From: Stylophora pistillata
Taxonomy: Eukaryota
Assembly: GCF_002571385.2 (NCBI RefSeq)
Contig: NW_019218030.1
Location: forward strand, 228,927-292,926
Length of the DNA: 64,000 nucleotides
Direction of reading: 5' to 3'
The position numbers and the translations under genes were made by a program. This document shows positions 33,775-55,157 of this stretch, one piece after another; position 1 is the first letter of the stretch, and the number at the start of each line of letters is the position of its first letter. The notes beneath the pieces were generated by a model, which made no database searches, was not told where the DNA came from, and saw nothing but the letters and a program-made list of their open reading frames with translations.

Positions 33775-36700
33775 ATTAAAATTAGAAATGAACCTAATGG
33801 AAACTTAACTATTAATACAAACAGTCTCTCAGGTCCATCAATTTGTATATCACAGTATTGGACTGGGAATTTTTCTGCTATCGTGGTAATATTTTTAAAT
33901 TGCCACGTCTGTAGTCTACCAGTCACGGTCAGTGCATCAGGTGAATTTCAGCCTAAATTCAGTGTTCACTTTTTCTTATTGCAATCTGTTTTCATGGGCC
34001 TCTATTGTTTATCATTCTGGTTCTGTGTTTCTTTATTTTTTCTTCTTTGATGTGTTCGCTTACCTTAACAACCATTTGTTTCAATGGTTTTATTTTAATT
34101 CAAGATACATGACTATGACGCAGAATTGACCTCAAAATTTCATGAGCAAGTTTAAGCATGATGTCGAATTTCAGCTGTCTTTCTGTCGACCGCGTTAAAA
34201 ATTAAGAAACTTTATCCGTTTCTTCAAGAATGAAAATTTGTATTTTTCTTATCTATTTTTCTGTTTGACGTTTTCTAGCTTTACCAGAAAATAAATTGAA
34301 ATCAGCGACGATTTTTTTTCTCTCTAGGTATTTCGTGGAAATCTAAAATATTAGCACTTGTAATTTGTCATCGTTAATGGAGCAAAAAAAAGTTTCGACG
34401 TCAGGGTTTAATTTTACCCCAATTACACGACAATGGCTTTGTCTCGAGAATAATTTAAACCAATTAGAACAAAGCTTAAGCTTCATGTTGCACGCCCCAC
34501 GTGCACTGTCAAACTAAATTGCACGTGTAAGTTAGGTACCCTTTAACCACCACGTGATTTTTAATTTCCTTAGAGTGAGTAATTCAGTTGCCTAGTCACG
34601 AAAAAAAATGAAACTAGATATAAAGGAGAAAAGTACTCGTCAGGCGGATACAAAAATTATAACCGCGGCTCCAAAGTTGTTGCTACGAATCCAAAGTTAT
34701 AATTACGGATCCAAAGTTTTTTCTAGGGATCCGAAGTTATTCACTTTGGATCCTTTGAAGAGAGTCTGATTAGGGTTAACCGATAGCTGTAAAACGCCAA
34801 AAGTATATAAAGCTGTAAGAGGTAAAAATTGAAAAATGTAATCGTTAGTCGTAAAAAAGTTTGCCTTAAAACGGCCAAAACTTTAACCAGTTGCCCTAAA
34901 AGCCATCAGCCCATTGGAGACCCCCGTGAAACTTTATAAATGTTTACATCAATATCCACTTTTTTCATTAATTTAGAGTGGCACTTACAGGCCGCAGTAA
35001 GAGACAGGTATTACTGAAGATCAAATTGGCCAATATGTTATCGTTTGCCAGAGAAAATAAGACAAAAATGATCGTTATCAATTTTCACTTAGCTGCCACC
35101 ATACTACATGCTTATAAACTGTTTATCGACGTTTCAATAGCGTGACTCAACTTCAAGTTTTTGAAGAAAAAACAAGTACGCAAACAAGCTTTTTCTTAAG
35201 GATTTCAGTACCAGAAGCTCCCGTGATATTACGGCCGCATTTTTGACGCAGTACTTGAAGTCTGTGTTCCTTTCAAAAAGTAATTTCAAGTTTAGCGAAT
35301 ATGACAAAAAATTCAGCTAGCCATTTTAAAATTTAGTGTAAGATTTTGCAACTTATAAAATAGTCTGCTTACTCTAACTTGCTGATAAATTCAATTGGAA
35401 TTAAAAAAAAAAATTAAGATATTTTACGGCTTCTCCTGCGACAGATTTGGTGACTTACTTATCACGATTCTCAACTCAAAAACAAGACTAGTTTGATTTT
35501 TGGAAAATTCTTTGAAAGGTCCGTTTTTCATGGTACACGCGGTGTGGTATTTGAAACAAACTTTATTTTGAACGACGGAATGTTAGTGCGGTTGGTGAAT
35601 CTAATATACAACCGACGTACAGACAGTTACAGCGTTTGTTTTACTTCAAACCAGTACCGCGTTCACTTAATGTTTTGGCCGTCGTCTGCAAAAAGCAATG
35701 TTAGGCTTTTTCTAATATTGTACCCATGTTGCAGTTTTCGTTCTCCACAGCGAAAGCAATTTGTTTCAACAGACAGTAATTATGAGTTAATTGAATGATT
35801 AACTGAGTGCACTTCCGAACACATGTCAGCCTCAGTGAAGATATCGCGTTAAATTTATTTTTAAAAACACCTACCATTCTAAACTCCATTTGACCAAGAG
35901 AGCTCTTCTTGTTGCTGCTTGTTCACTTCTAAGCTTGTCCCGAGAAACTGTTCTCGTTGCCTCGCCCCCAGACTGATTTAATGCCTTCCATTACCTCACA
36001 GGGCGTGTCACTTCACTTTTGTTTTAACGCTGCGTGAAATAAAGGAAAAAATTTCAGAAATATTTGTTTCTATATCATACATACCTTCGGGTCCTTTCTA
36101 AGCAGAGCTCTATTAAGACGTGTATTTGCGGTGGTGCGTTTTTTAAAAACTCTTAAGACCACTCGAAATATTTCTTTTTGCCGCAAATCGCAAATCGCTT
36201 GTGCTTTCGTACGTTTAAAGGCGAGTCGTGTCTGGGAAATAAAAGGCTTTTTGTTTGTATTCGACTCAGAAATTTCACGGTCTACAACGTACACTGACTA
36301 CAATGGTTAAAACAATGTTTACCCCAAAATACCGCACTGTTTACTCCAAACCAAGCCGCGTGCAATGAACTAATATGTTCTCTGATGATTTCTAGGAAAG
36401 ATTCTGTGCATGCTACTTCAAAATCCCGTAGCTAAGCCGCATATTGGGCTTCGATACAAAACTGAAAAGTAAGCAAGTGCGACAAGTAATTAATTACGAC
36501 CATTATTAATCGTTTATCTTCAATAGATAAGTAAACACCTAACTTTGACTCACTTCCTCTCTCAGTCTAGAGGCATTCTTCGAACATTACCAAGTTTCTC
36601 ATGTTCACTCAGCAGATTGATATTTCCTGTGTACCTAAGTTCGTTCAAATGCTTCTTAAACTAAAACTGCTAAAACATTCCATGACAGATCGCTTAGTAG

Positions 36701-38532
36701 CATTCAATTTAAGCCCGCTGCCGGCAACCTTTTAAATGACCGCATATTGCGTTTCGCTTGCGCATTTCCAGCAGAGAAAGTGTTCTACAAGTGTTGAAGA
36801 CGCATCAATAAAAGTCAGCCTGAAGAGCTGCATGACAATAAAATATCGCTTTTGCGGTAAACAAAGGGGTCTTCCATTGTTGATATTAGCGGATAATACA
36901 ATTTTTTTTTTCCTTCAGAAATCGCCGACTTTTTTTGAAGTTCCTCAATGGTTTGCCGTCCTTTTACGAAACTCAAATTACAAGACCGGTTTTAGCTAAG
37001 TGGTAATAGTTCGCGGTCTTCGCCATGGTACAAGTGCCTCTATTGTCGGTCTTTCCTAAAAGCGGAGAGTCTTTTAGAATTTTAAAAACGATATTATTCA
37101 CCTTAACAAATACCATGAAGTGTCAAAGCAAACAAAATTGAACAATTATGTGTTCAGACGGATACCAGGTTTGTGGAAATAATATCCAAGTAAATCAAAC
37201 CCAATTTAAATACAATTACATTGAATTACTGCCCATTCTAACACAAGAAACAAAACGACAAAGATCGATATTAATACACCGTTCAATGACCTAGGGGTCA
37301 GTAAATATTAATGTTATTTACTCTAGCTTCAGTTGACAACTTGTTAAATCCTAAGAAGAATAACCGTCCAATCGTTATTACTTGAGAAGTTTGAAAGAAG
37401 GGAACTATATGAGAACTGAATTTGGTTACGAAACTTTCTCATCAAATTTGAAGTGGTACTTGACTGCCGGGTCAAGAAAGATGACTTGCGGTAAAAAGCC
37501 GTTTTTGTCCGTTTCTTACGCGAAGAAAGCCGGAAATTCTCTTTCAGCCTCAATCCACTTCAACATACTTTATTATCTACGAAAACCGCAGTGTCTGACT
37601 CAAAATTCTGTTACAATATCAGGGCTTATAAAGTTTTGGTTCGCACGTAAGCACGAAAGATGAAATCTGCAAAGGCAGGATCTTATTTAAGAACCTATCT
37701 TTGTAGAATTTGCGCTATAATCAGAGGTCACTGCAAAGTTTGATACCGATCAGTAGATTGTACCAAGTTAGCATGTGTGACTCGTCCATGATCTTTCCAA
37801 AGAGATTGCGTGACACTCAGGAAAGACAACTTTTTAGGCAGTTGCGCAACAGACTTTGGTGCCCACAAAAATGTTTCTCTGCGCGAAATCAAATGGGTAT
37901 TAAAGTTTGGAATTGCCAACTAGCATAGTTTCAAGACTAAGAAGGAAATAGTTTTTTAATGACTTGGCGACCTCGGCAAGTTTGTGGCTTGCAGTCTGAT
38001 CCGAAAACCTTATGCCCGGAAATAGCAGACGTAAATCTGAGATTCAACAACACCTGTGTCTAAAATAAAATGCTCGATATAGAAAAATATGTAAGTAAGG
38101 CATTTTCGGGCTAAAACTAAAAAATACCCTTAACGACTACATAGGGACATCCTGGGTGGTCCGGTTCTAATAAAATCAATATTTGATATTTGATCATGGT
38201 AATAGTTTGTTTTTCCTTGTACCGCAGATCCGTGGATCTAGAAGTTTCCGTTTCATTTGATCTTGACCTTTAAGCTGATATCAAATTGGGCCCAAGTTTC
38301 ATGTTAGTCTTGAACCATTCTGTGATTTTTATCATTTCAAACTTTGTTGGAAGAATTTTCCAAAGTCGATCTAAGGCTCCGGTGTAACAACGAGACTAAT
38401 GCAGTGTTCATAACAGCAATTACTGAAATATGGTCTAAGTAATTATATAGATGAATGGTCAGAAGGGTTAAACTTGATATCCGTAAAACAGTGCTCCATA
38501 CATAAAGTAGAGCGAGTATAACGTGTAATAGG

Positions 38533-38609
38533 CAGAAAAAAAATCAATCAACTACATTTCATCCCTAGAGATGAAAAATCAACCAATGTAGTTGATTTAT
38601 TTTTTTCTG
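38533..38609. repeat. Inverted repeat / hairpin
   Basis: CAGAAAAAAAATCAATCAACTACATT ... AATGTAGTTGATTTATTTTTTTCTG. Confidence 0.7.
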
Positions 38610-39360
38610 TTTATTAGATGAATAGTTAAATGAAAATAGAAAAACTGAAGTAAATGAATTGAAAAAAGAATAGGTAAATGGTGAAGTCTTTCAGAAAAAT
38701 TAACATGCAATCAAATGTATGAATTAAACAAAAAGTAAATACGAATGGTCTTTATTGAACTTTGCAATGCAGAGATAAATATAATTACACAAACCTAAGA
38801 TTCAAGTTTACATCGTTACATAACTGTTGGAATTTCAAATGATTAAAAACGAAACGTTGCGGATTATATAAATTTTCGTGTGATGACTGGTTGCAAACGA
38901 CGATTCTTATGCCTTTCGAATATCAGTTTTAGAACTTTATAATACGGAAGGACGCGAAAAAACGGAAGAAATTCACAGACGAAGTTATCCCTCAAAGTTA
39001 TCGAGGTTTTGATACAATTGCTCTAAAGCATGCTCTTTGTCATGTTTGATTTTCTTTACTCGGTCTGGCTTTCAATCTGGTTTATTATATTCCGTTATCA
39101 TGTGTTTTTTTTTTTTTTTTCAGTTTCCTCTCGCTGACAGAATCCTCCTTGAACAGTGACGATTCACGATCGATCTCTGATTTAAGAGTCGTTTCGTCAA
39201 ATATTTTCAACCACACGATATAAACACATTTTTTAACAAAGTTTGGCATTTGTGCCAGGATAAACTGAGAGAGGATGAATTACTCTTGACGTTCCGTTTT
39301 GTTACCTTCAAATGAGCAGCTGTTTTGCTCACTTTTATTCCATTCATTCTGTCAAACGAC

Positions 39361-39408
39361 AGCTCACTGAGCTCACTGAGCTCACTGAGCTCACTGAGCT
39401 CACTGAGC
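39361..39408. repeat. Tandem repeat (AGCTCACTG)5
   Basis: Five perfect 9-mer units read directly from the sequence. Confidence 0.9.
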
Positions 39409-42400
39409 AAGAACTTGAGGAGGAAAGCAAATCATGGGCAAATTCTCTCTGGCGAGTGCTATATGAATCTTGTATCGGAAAAAGTTCCATTGACTCTTTG
39501 ATAAAACGTTGAGGAAAACATTTCCTGTATTTGTATTCCGTGATGAGGAATGATTTCACTTTTGGGATGTACACCATTAACAGGACGTGTTCCAGCTGAT
39601 ACATACGCAAGCATCGAGAGTTTTATAATTATGCAAAGATTTGCACGTTAGCTATACCGATTTTCCAAAATCTTCATCAACATACCTTAGTTTCAACGAA
39701 TTGGAACATCAGTCTCCAATCACCATTTAATGGAAAGTAAAGGAATGTCAAAACACTTCATTTATTTTTATATCCTTGAGCCGTAAATATGACAAGCATA
39801 TGTTCATTTTCAATCAATGACTCATTAGCTTACGAGAGACAATGACTGTATTTTCCTCCAGGAGCCCTGTAACGCACGTACGGCAAATAACCACAAGATA
39901 TACGTTAAAACACATACGAGTTCAGTGATACGTGATTTATCCCATAGTTACGCGTGCAGTGTGTCAAGATAAGGACCCCGAGTTGACAGATTTTTCATGA
40001 ACTTTGTGCAGTTTTAGATGTGCAGAGCCGATTTCATATGACCTACTATGGAAATCCTTTCAGAAAGAAATGAAGATCAAGTATTATTGTAAATTAAATC
40101 TGGGACCGTCATAGATGTCATAATCAGCAGAAACCAGATCAAGATTTCAATTTTAGATCTGAAATCAAATATCACATTACACAGCTACAGACTTCACGAG
40201 ATTCCTTGGTCTCTTGACTGTATTAAAGCAACAGATAAAAAAAATTCAGAAATTTACTTTTAATGATTTAGATAAGGAAAACATTTAAAATTTATTAAAC
40301 TTTTGAATAATTCAAGGCTCTGTCACCAGATAGCAAAAAAATGTTTTGGATCATTTACACGCCCATTTGTTTTTGAAGTATATCGTAAATTTCGGAACAA
40401 AATTTTGCAATCAATGAGTTACGATAATATACTGTCAGCAAACTGTACGTGCCTGAGAACACATCGTCCATTTCACAAATTCTGAGAGAGAGTTGTTTCT
40501 TCCACAAGAGGATTAATAAGATATGTTTTGGCGGACTTGACGGTGACGAAATTTCCTTTTTAATTAAATGAGAAAAAAAAATCACTCATTAATAAATTTA
40601 ACATGGCCTTGTTTTTAGGGTGTTATTTCCTATTTGATATCCATTTAAATTTTATTCGATTAAGGAGATCAGTCCAACTCATTTCTGACAATTTCTTGAA
40701 TATCAAAGCTAGTTTCCTTGGATAATTGTGAGGCTTTATATCCAATGAATATTTTCTCAGTTATCATGGGTATATACTTCAGTTAGTAACTTCTACGTTT
40801 AAAGATAATTTGACAAAAGCAGCTAAGTTTTATCTCGAGTAAAGTAATGCATGTTTACTTCGCAAAATACGAGGGACGTTTCTTGACCAGAAAACCATTC
40901 GTAGGAAATTAATCGAAAGACAACATATTTCTCACGTACTGCTAACGCCTATTTTAGCTTTCATTTGTTGAAATGATCAATTGCGAGAGCGACTGAGATT
41001 TGCATTTTGCCACAGGCTTGCCGACAAGCAATATTGCACGCAGAGTCTTGCAACCTTGTAGCCAATCCGAAATGCCGAGGATATGCAATCAGCTCAGCAA
41101 TTGCATTTATGAGATGAATGTCTCATGTTGTTTGATGTATGCTTCCGCTAATGCAACTATGCTACTGTCAGATAGATAATTACGTCGCTTCTCGTTCACA
41201 ATCGCATGCGCGTAGCTCTGACTGAAAACTTACTACTCACAGGGATGGTTTTCTTTTGTATTAAAAGCTGATATGTTCACCTTGTGATTGTTATTGTTTG
41301 TTAGTATTTTTTAACACCGTAGATCTAATTTAGTTGGGTGAATGCCAAACTGTTAAATAAATCGGTGCAAAATAATTCGATGCAAAATTTTCGAGCACAT
41401 TGCACAACTTCGGCTTGGAAGATAAGACTGATTGAGATATGCCCAGGCAGTTAGCTGTAACTCATGGGCAATTTGTTAAACATCCAAAAGAACTAAGTTA
41501 ACCTTTTTATTTAATCAAATAACGTCATTACTTCTCGCATAATATCGAAACACTTCGTTCCTGATGATCTCAGCCAATTTAAGTCCAATTCATCAAATTG
41601 CAAAGTATTGCAAAGAGATGCCCTGATTTCCAAATCCCGCAATGGGCTTGAACAGAACTGTTCTTTATCATTCAGTGGAAGGCAGTTCCGTTTAAACTTT
41701 GCACGCGTACATTTTACGAGCATTGATCTCTCACTGACTGAGTACAGCACTCAAGAGATTTCTACGCATTCTTCTTCATTTTCAACACAACATTGCAAGT
41801 TTTGTACCTACATAGTGTCACTAACCTTGGTAAACTACATGTCTCGGAGTTTCCACGCTGCATTCGTTGATATTGCAAAATCACTACAGGATTCCTTTTG
41901 AAACTAAACGCTTCACAAGATAGCTCTGAACTGTCAAAGACATAAAAAATGACCCTAATTCCTAGGGGTTGTTGGCGTTTCGGGTGTAGAAGTGTTGAAA
42001 GTAGATTGATTGTCTGACAAATGCAATGACCTAATTGGTAATGCTGTTGGCTTTCATAAAACTGTCAAACAATTCATGGATCAGTGTTAAAAGTAGCGTT
42101 GGTGGAGACAGTTGGAGAATTCCAGCTTCAAGCAGATCACATTTTCAATCTGGACCTTTTAAAATAACTCAACAGTGAACATTCAAGATTGTAAGCATGA
42201 ACTAGACTGAGTTTCCATGTTTTAGGACGTCGTGTGATATGTCAGAATCCTGCTGGTAATGAAGTAAGAGGATCACCAGCTCTCCCAGAAAAGTAATGAA
42301 AAAATCTGTCTAGGGAACAAAATGTCTCACCGTGTGTTTAATTTTGATCAGTGTGGTGGCTAATTTAGATCTGAGATTCTCAAAGCGAGCCAAAATCTGA

Positions 42401-43206
42401 CAGTATGTTGCTCGTAAGCTGATTTTTATCGGGCTAATTGATTGTTTGTGGCGAGACTTATCAAAACGCATAAATCACTCGATGCAGGTTGTTATCAAGT
42501 TGCGTCCGGGTTGTATGATACTAAAGCTTCGATTACTTAATCGTTCTATGAATGAAAACATATTTGATCTACTTAATTTACTATATACAAATTTTTAGTC
42601 GTAAGAAATAGAAGTTCTTCCTCTCGTGACGCAACTGTTAACTTTTTAATTTAATCTTTAATGATAGCGTGACTTATTTTCTGATATCGCGTGAGAATTT
42701 AACGTTGCGTTTCGGGTATTTTTGCGGTTCCCCTCGGCAATAAAAGCGACATGGCTTACTCATTAAGCTTACCCTTAGTTAACTTCTTTCGTATGCAGTG
42801 CTCTGTTAATTAAATTAATGTCGTTTATAACACCGAAGAAGATCACAGATATCGAGTATTCATTCTTAATGAAGACTCAAACTGTTACCAATTGATCTTG
42901 CATCGATGCAGATTTCGTGGCAAGAAGAACAGAGCGCCGTTAATCAGGTAAACAAGGGATTTATCCCTACTTTAGGAATAGCTGATTTTTAGAAGTACTC
43001 CAGGTCTCAGTTTGACCTTTAAATGCAGATAAAAGATGATATCTCGGAATGTATTTGAGCAAAGGGCTAGGAAAGTATTTCGTCGGAATCTTGAGCTAAA
43101 TTACAACATCTGTTTCGGAATGAATAGGAAATTTCAGTTCCTCATTTGAAAGACTGAAAATTTATTCATTTGATATCTCGTCGCTCCATAAATACCTCAT
43201 ATTTAC

Positions 43207-43617
43207 GAATATGAATATAGAATATAGTTTATATCTGACCACTTGCAGCCCAGAGGCTGAATTACGGGCGCAGTGTAAGGTTGAGAACAGACGTCACCAT
43301 ATCAGGCGCCTCTGGCAGCCGCTTCAGTCTATCGATCTCACCTTCCCACCCATCCCACCCCAGGGGAGGACATCCATCACACAGTAATCGTGTGTGGGAA
43401 ATTAACGTCTCCTACCCCAACCCTGCAGGAGACGGGACCTCCATTTATTCGTCCCTATCCGAGAAGACTAGAATATCTAACCATTACTTGATGTTATAGA
43501 AAGGTAGCAAATTCTTCTCAATTATTTTAAGACCTTGAGTGTTGGTCCGGCCGGGGCTCAAACCCTCGACCTCCCGCACAACAGTCCAGCGCTCTATCCA
43601 TTGAGCTAACCGGGAGG
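43207..43617 (-). mobile_element. tRNA-derived SINE (family 1), uninterrupted
   Basis: Same head and body as 7356-7540 plus 8384-8479, with a different 3' tail. Confidence 0.85.
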
Positions 43618-46600
43618 TTAATCGGTTAGCTAACCGGATGATTACGCCAGAATTTGTACTATTAATAATTATCTTGAAAATATCTGTTACTTATGCCATT
43701 TGATTCGCCTGTTGCCTTGAACCAGAAAGAATTCTAGCCAGTCACATTGTGGTTTGAAATATACTAATACAAGGTTTTTATGGAGACAGATTTAAGCCAA
43801 TCGTGTTTTTCATCAAAGGCTCGTACATGTTTTTAATTTGTCGGAAAAGAACAATTTCCTCTGTGGGAATCACACTGAGGTGCCGCGTGTCCATCGATCA
43901 CAGAATACTCTATTGTGACTAAACTGACCATTAACTTTAATGCATAACTTGCTCTAAGCCTCTGAGCTGAAACAGCCGGTATGTTTTAAACTGAGCGACG
44001 TTCACCTTGAGGGAAATATGTTGATTTCGCAACATTCGTTTTCCATTTTCATCATTGGTAGAGCCGAGATTACGCTCTTGTTTAGCGAGGTTGGCAAAAA
44101 TTCAGTTTACTGTAAGACCTCCAGAGAGCAAGATCAAAGACGCAGCCTAACTAACTGATTTGTAAGCAGTATGAGTTTCCTTTTCATCAGACATCGACTG
44201 ACCTTCTGAACTACAGCATTCGTGCAATTGTGAATGGTTGAAAAACCACACAGAAATAAAACATAGGTCTGCCCGAAATCGTGAGAATCCAGGGAATAAA
44301 ACTTGAAGGATTTCGTTACAACGCTAATAATTCAAGCTACACGATGGCGATACAGTCGGTCCAGGTTAGGAGCTGGTTAAAATAGTTTGTGGTTATTCCG
44401 TGGTTCTCTACAGTCGTCTCAGTTGTGACGTCCCAGAATTAGCTCTTGTGCGGAGATTGGGGAGAGAGAAAAACGAAACGCGAAGGGGGTAATGAAGGAC
44501 CCCTCATACTGCCCCTCTATAGTCCCCTTAGGAATATCTCAAACGACGCAGCCAGTTGCACAAATGATTATGTGTATCTGATCACACTCTCAAACATCCT
44601 CGTTTAGAATGATTATACATTGTTGCAGAAGAAGAGGAATGGAATGGACTTCTGTACGTGTCCGAAGAGGAATCGTTGGATATACAGCGGGGTTAATACG
44701 AGTTTTCAAACTGTTAAGTTGCAGATGATCTAAGACCGTTAAAAAAAAAAAAAACCTTGTACTGTTCAAATAAGCGTCCTGCTAAAGTCCGGTACCCCTC
44801 TGTGCTGCATAACCTGACGTAGAAGATAGAAAAAGTCGATTGTACGTCTTACCGTGAACGTTTCCTGCATGCGGACGACCTAACTCCGAAAATCGTTACC
44901 AAGATCTGTGAAGAGGTCCTCAGATAAAACTCGTCGTGGCCTTTTCGCCTTATCAATGAGTGTTTCAGTGAAAATATCTGACAAAGAATGGCAAACTTGA
45001 GTTGATTTGTAGAGGAATGCCTATGATTTTCCGGATATCTTAAAACAAATTTCGTCCGACCACTAAACTACTTTGTTCACGAGAGTCATCAAACAGGAAA
45101 TTAAAAGTCTTTGATTCAAAACATCTCACCTCCTTATCTAACAAACAGCGTTATTTCCTAGAGCTGCAATATGTCAAATAAAACCGTCTTAAGTCTCTTT
45201 CAAGGGTCCGCTCCAATTAAGCATCGTCAAATCTGAGGAGTATTCATTATCAGTCGGGGTTACAAAATAAACAGACAGAATTTCAATGCAAGGAATTAAA
45301 CGTTATTAAAACCATTATTACATCATGAGAAAACAATCTACGGCACGAACCCGAGTGTTTACTAAGATAATGGGTTTTTTTCGCGAAAGCAATGAGCTGG
45401 CCTATAAATGAAACTTTTCACGCCCGATGATTAGGCCATTAAAATAAATTACAGGTAAGTTTCTTTTTCTTATCACAACAATTGTAAATACCAGCCTTGA
45501 CCCCATTTCCTGATCCAATTGAATTGATCTTTTTTTGATTGTGCGAAATAAGTAAGAGCACGAATTCCCTAAGAACGTACAAACTTCCTAAACAAGAAAA
45601 GAGTCACACACTCTAAAAAGTGTTCTGTAATGTTTTGTTTAGTTCACTCAAAAGCCGGAAAACCATTGATACTTCTCAAATATAGAACGCAAGGTCAACT
45701 GTCCTTTTAAAGCTATATTTAAACATGTATCAATAATGGACATTTCATTGAATACGTCAAATTTTCATACGAATAATCTTTGGATTCTGTAAATATCTGG
45801 ACTTAAAGAAATCTGGTGGGAAAAATTTGGGTGAAAACTGTACAACTTCAAACAAACCATCACCTCCATCGGAAATAACTATGAAGCTGTAGAAGTATCT
45901 TTTTTTCAAGCTTTGGTCTGCCGACAGGAAAGGGCTATTTAAGACCATTTCCGTTCAATTTCATACCGCCAGGTCACGAAATGGAAGAGGAGACAGATTT
46001 ATTATTTTTCAAAAAGGTGGATCATTGTGGAAACTTGTAATTCTAGAGTTTAAATGACATTGGTGCGCGACCATTTTGTTGAACCAAAGTCCTCTTATGC
46101 ATTATCCTCCGGTTGTTTTTCACCAAGATTATTAATTTTTCGAGTTCATTTTTACAAATTATTTGATAGGGACGTTAATCTACAGGCCGAGTGATCCTTC
46201 GAATCACTCGTCAGTTAGGTTAGAAATAACTCAAAATAGCTCTCTGTCATCACAGATTTGGAGTATAAAATCGAAGAATGTCGTTTAGGAATTTTTTCTT
46301 TCTTTAGGTCTTTCACCATTACTTTTTCTACAATTTAGTATTTTTGAGATATCGGATACTGTACTCACGGTTCTTTCCTGACGAACAGCGGAGGCCGTAA
46401 TGAATTCTGAATCAATTTGTGTTTGGTAACAGTCAAAGAATTTGTTCAGGGTTGAATAAAATGTACAACTTATCAAGCCAATACTTACGGAATTCTTTCT
46501 TAAGTCCGAGTCTTGATACAAGATGCCTGTTAAATCCTGGTTGAAGTTAAGGCAAATGCATGAAATTGCACGATTGTATCAAGCTAAATAGCCCGGCCCT

Positions 46601-47497
46601 ACACCGACAACTTCAAGTTTCCAATACCCCCCTCCCATCCCTCCTCACGAAGATCCGGAACCTAACATGCCCCTCGCCATGCCCCTAGGGCATGATAGCG
46701 CGGTCAACCGCGTTCATGAAAAGCGCCACTAGTGACATGACAAAAATGATAGCAACTCTGCTTTTAACAAACAACGAAGACCCATCCGGTATACAGATTG
46801 GACGGAAACACGTGTGGTAAAAGTATCCCGCGGTAGAAGATAGTGAAAAAACAAACAAACAACACAAAACAAAAGAAAAGTAAAAACGGTCCAAAGGCCT
46901 GATCTTCTTCCCTTCCCCCCCCCCCCCCCTTCAACTAAAAAGATTTTCCGACCCAAGCCTTGTCAGACTTCCGCCACGCGACTATCGTAGCCGGCTAAAA
47001 CAATAAGACAAATGAACCGCATTAATAAGTGAGATTTGTTTTTATTTCCAACCGAACTAGCAATTAATTTTTCGCAATACTTTCAATTAGCAAACTTTAA
47101 TGCGGCAATTTCAGTCGATATTGTTATAGCTATTTTTAAACCATTCTGAGAGAGCCAGTGTGAACTTACAGTAGAATTCCACCGATCTCGCCTTGCGCAA
47201 TTTAACTGGAATAACTTAAATTAAATAATCTTGCTTTCCAACTGAATGTATCTGTATAACAATAGTAACGAAAGCGTACACGTGGTTTTATTAAATTAAA
47301 AGGGAGTTAAAGCACAGACGTGTTTGAAATGTGGTCTGCAGTTGGAGGATTTCTCTCCTTTTTACAATGCAGCGTTCAGTTTAAAATGTATAAACGATGG
47401 CTTTGTGTAAAGGCACGACAGATCGAAGTAGTCCCATTTACTTCCGGTCGCCGTCCTGGTGTCAAAATCGTCTGTGCAAAATATTTTGTCTCATTTG

Positions 47498-47720
47498 AGG
47501 GGCCGACCATTTAACTTTTGAGGGGGGGGGGAGGGGTGATTTTGAAAAAAAATTCCTCCAAGCGCTTGTTGGAAGAAAAAAATTGCATGCAGCCCAAATG
47601 TAACAGAAAAAATGTACCAAAAATCGGAAAAAATATCCTGCACAGCAGACTGCTAGAAAAAAAATTTCTTGACCACCAGAAATCACCCATCCCCCCTCAA
47701 AAGTTAAATGGTCGGCCCCT
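47498..47720. mobile_element. MITE
   Basis: 30-bp perfect TIR AGGGGCCGACCATTTAACTTTTGAGGGGGG. Confidence 0.8.
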
Positions 47721-48299
47721 ACCAAAGATTACTTTAGGTCGATTTCACACGACCAAGTTTTACCATAAATTTCAGTGAATACAATTTTGTTTCTTCTTTG
47801 TTTGCGCGACTTGAAAAAGTTAGGTGCATTAAGGGTCAAGTGCCCTCGAGACCGAAAGATAACGTCTTAAGAGGACTTTATAAGAAAAAATAGCTCTTGT
47901 GAATGAACGAAATGTGAGAAAATAAAACCTATAAAGGTTTCTCTTAATCTGTTGATCAGACTTGGTTACGAGAGCAAGACGAATTAGCGACAAAATAAAC
48001 TTCGGGTTTTGCATGAGCGATAGATCAAGGAAAACTTGGTCGTGTAAGAATGGCTCATCAGAAAATAATTCATCAGTGACCGGCTTTAAAAGTTTCTTAA
48101 ATATCTTTTACCGTGATACAGAAATAACATCGCAAGAAAATTAAATCCCGCGTGGAAACTAGAGATCATCTCCAGCTCCCACGCGATCTTTAATTCTTTA
48201 CTAGGCCCCCGCTAGTTCAATTGAGCTCTTAGAGCCGATCTCAGATGTGAGCTATTTACACAGTTTAAAGCGATTTAATATGTTCTTCTGTAAGCAGGT

Positions 48300-54631
<6,332 letters not shown>

Positions 54632-55157
54632 CTAGATAAAAACTGTGTTTAATACACATACAGATATAAAGAAACCTCACTCAAATAGCACGCGGAAATT
54701 GTAAGAGCCTTGGCGACTTGGTGTGCGTAAAGCTGTAACACAAGCAAGCCGGCCGCTCTAACGTACAGCCAAATAGGAATTATTTCACTACACGAAATGG
54801 ACCGACGAATTCTTTCATAAATGGACTACAACCAGGACTGCTTTCAAGAGGCAAACGATTCGCGATCTCGAGAAAATGCAACACTTTAGCATTGAGAGAG
54901 ATTTTCAAGAACAAACATGGCCGCCACCAGATGTCCTTGTGGTTACATCGCCAGATATAAAAAACTGCGCAAAACCTGCTCGTGTTACAACAGAACTCAC
55001 CCCAGAACACTCACAGTGAAATCAAGTGTGTCTCTAGAAGGTTTTTGGACTCGTTCAACTCGTCACAAAGGCAAAATACGGGAATGAACTTTAAGCTCAC
55101 AGCCCACCCGTCATGTAGGCGTCACAAATGCCGTCTGCTTGGAAGATGTTGAGTATT

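Noticed and set aside
34666-34752. GGATCCAAAGTT-like units at about 20-bp spacing, superficially CRISPR-like
   Set aside because: Units are degenerate, spacers are under 10 nt, the context is eukaryotic and no cas genes are present; more likely a minisatellite or transposon subterminal repeat.
39207-39512. ORFs with SELSEL/TELTEL peptide repeats
   Set aside because: Explained by the 9-bp tandem repeat; no other coding support.
54919-54938. CCGCCACCAGATGTCC resembling a CTCF site between the paralogs
   Set aside because: Imperfect single match that is not clearly conserved in paralog B, and CTCF is considered absent from cnidarians, the inferred host group.
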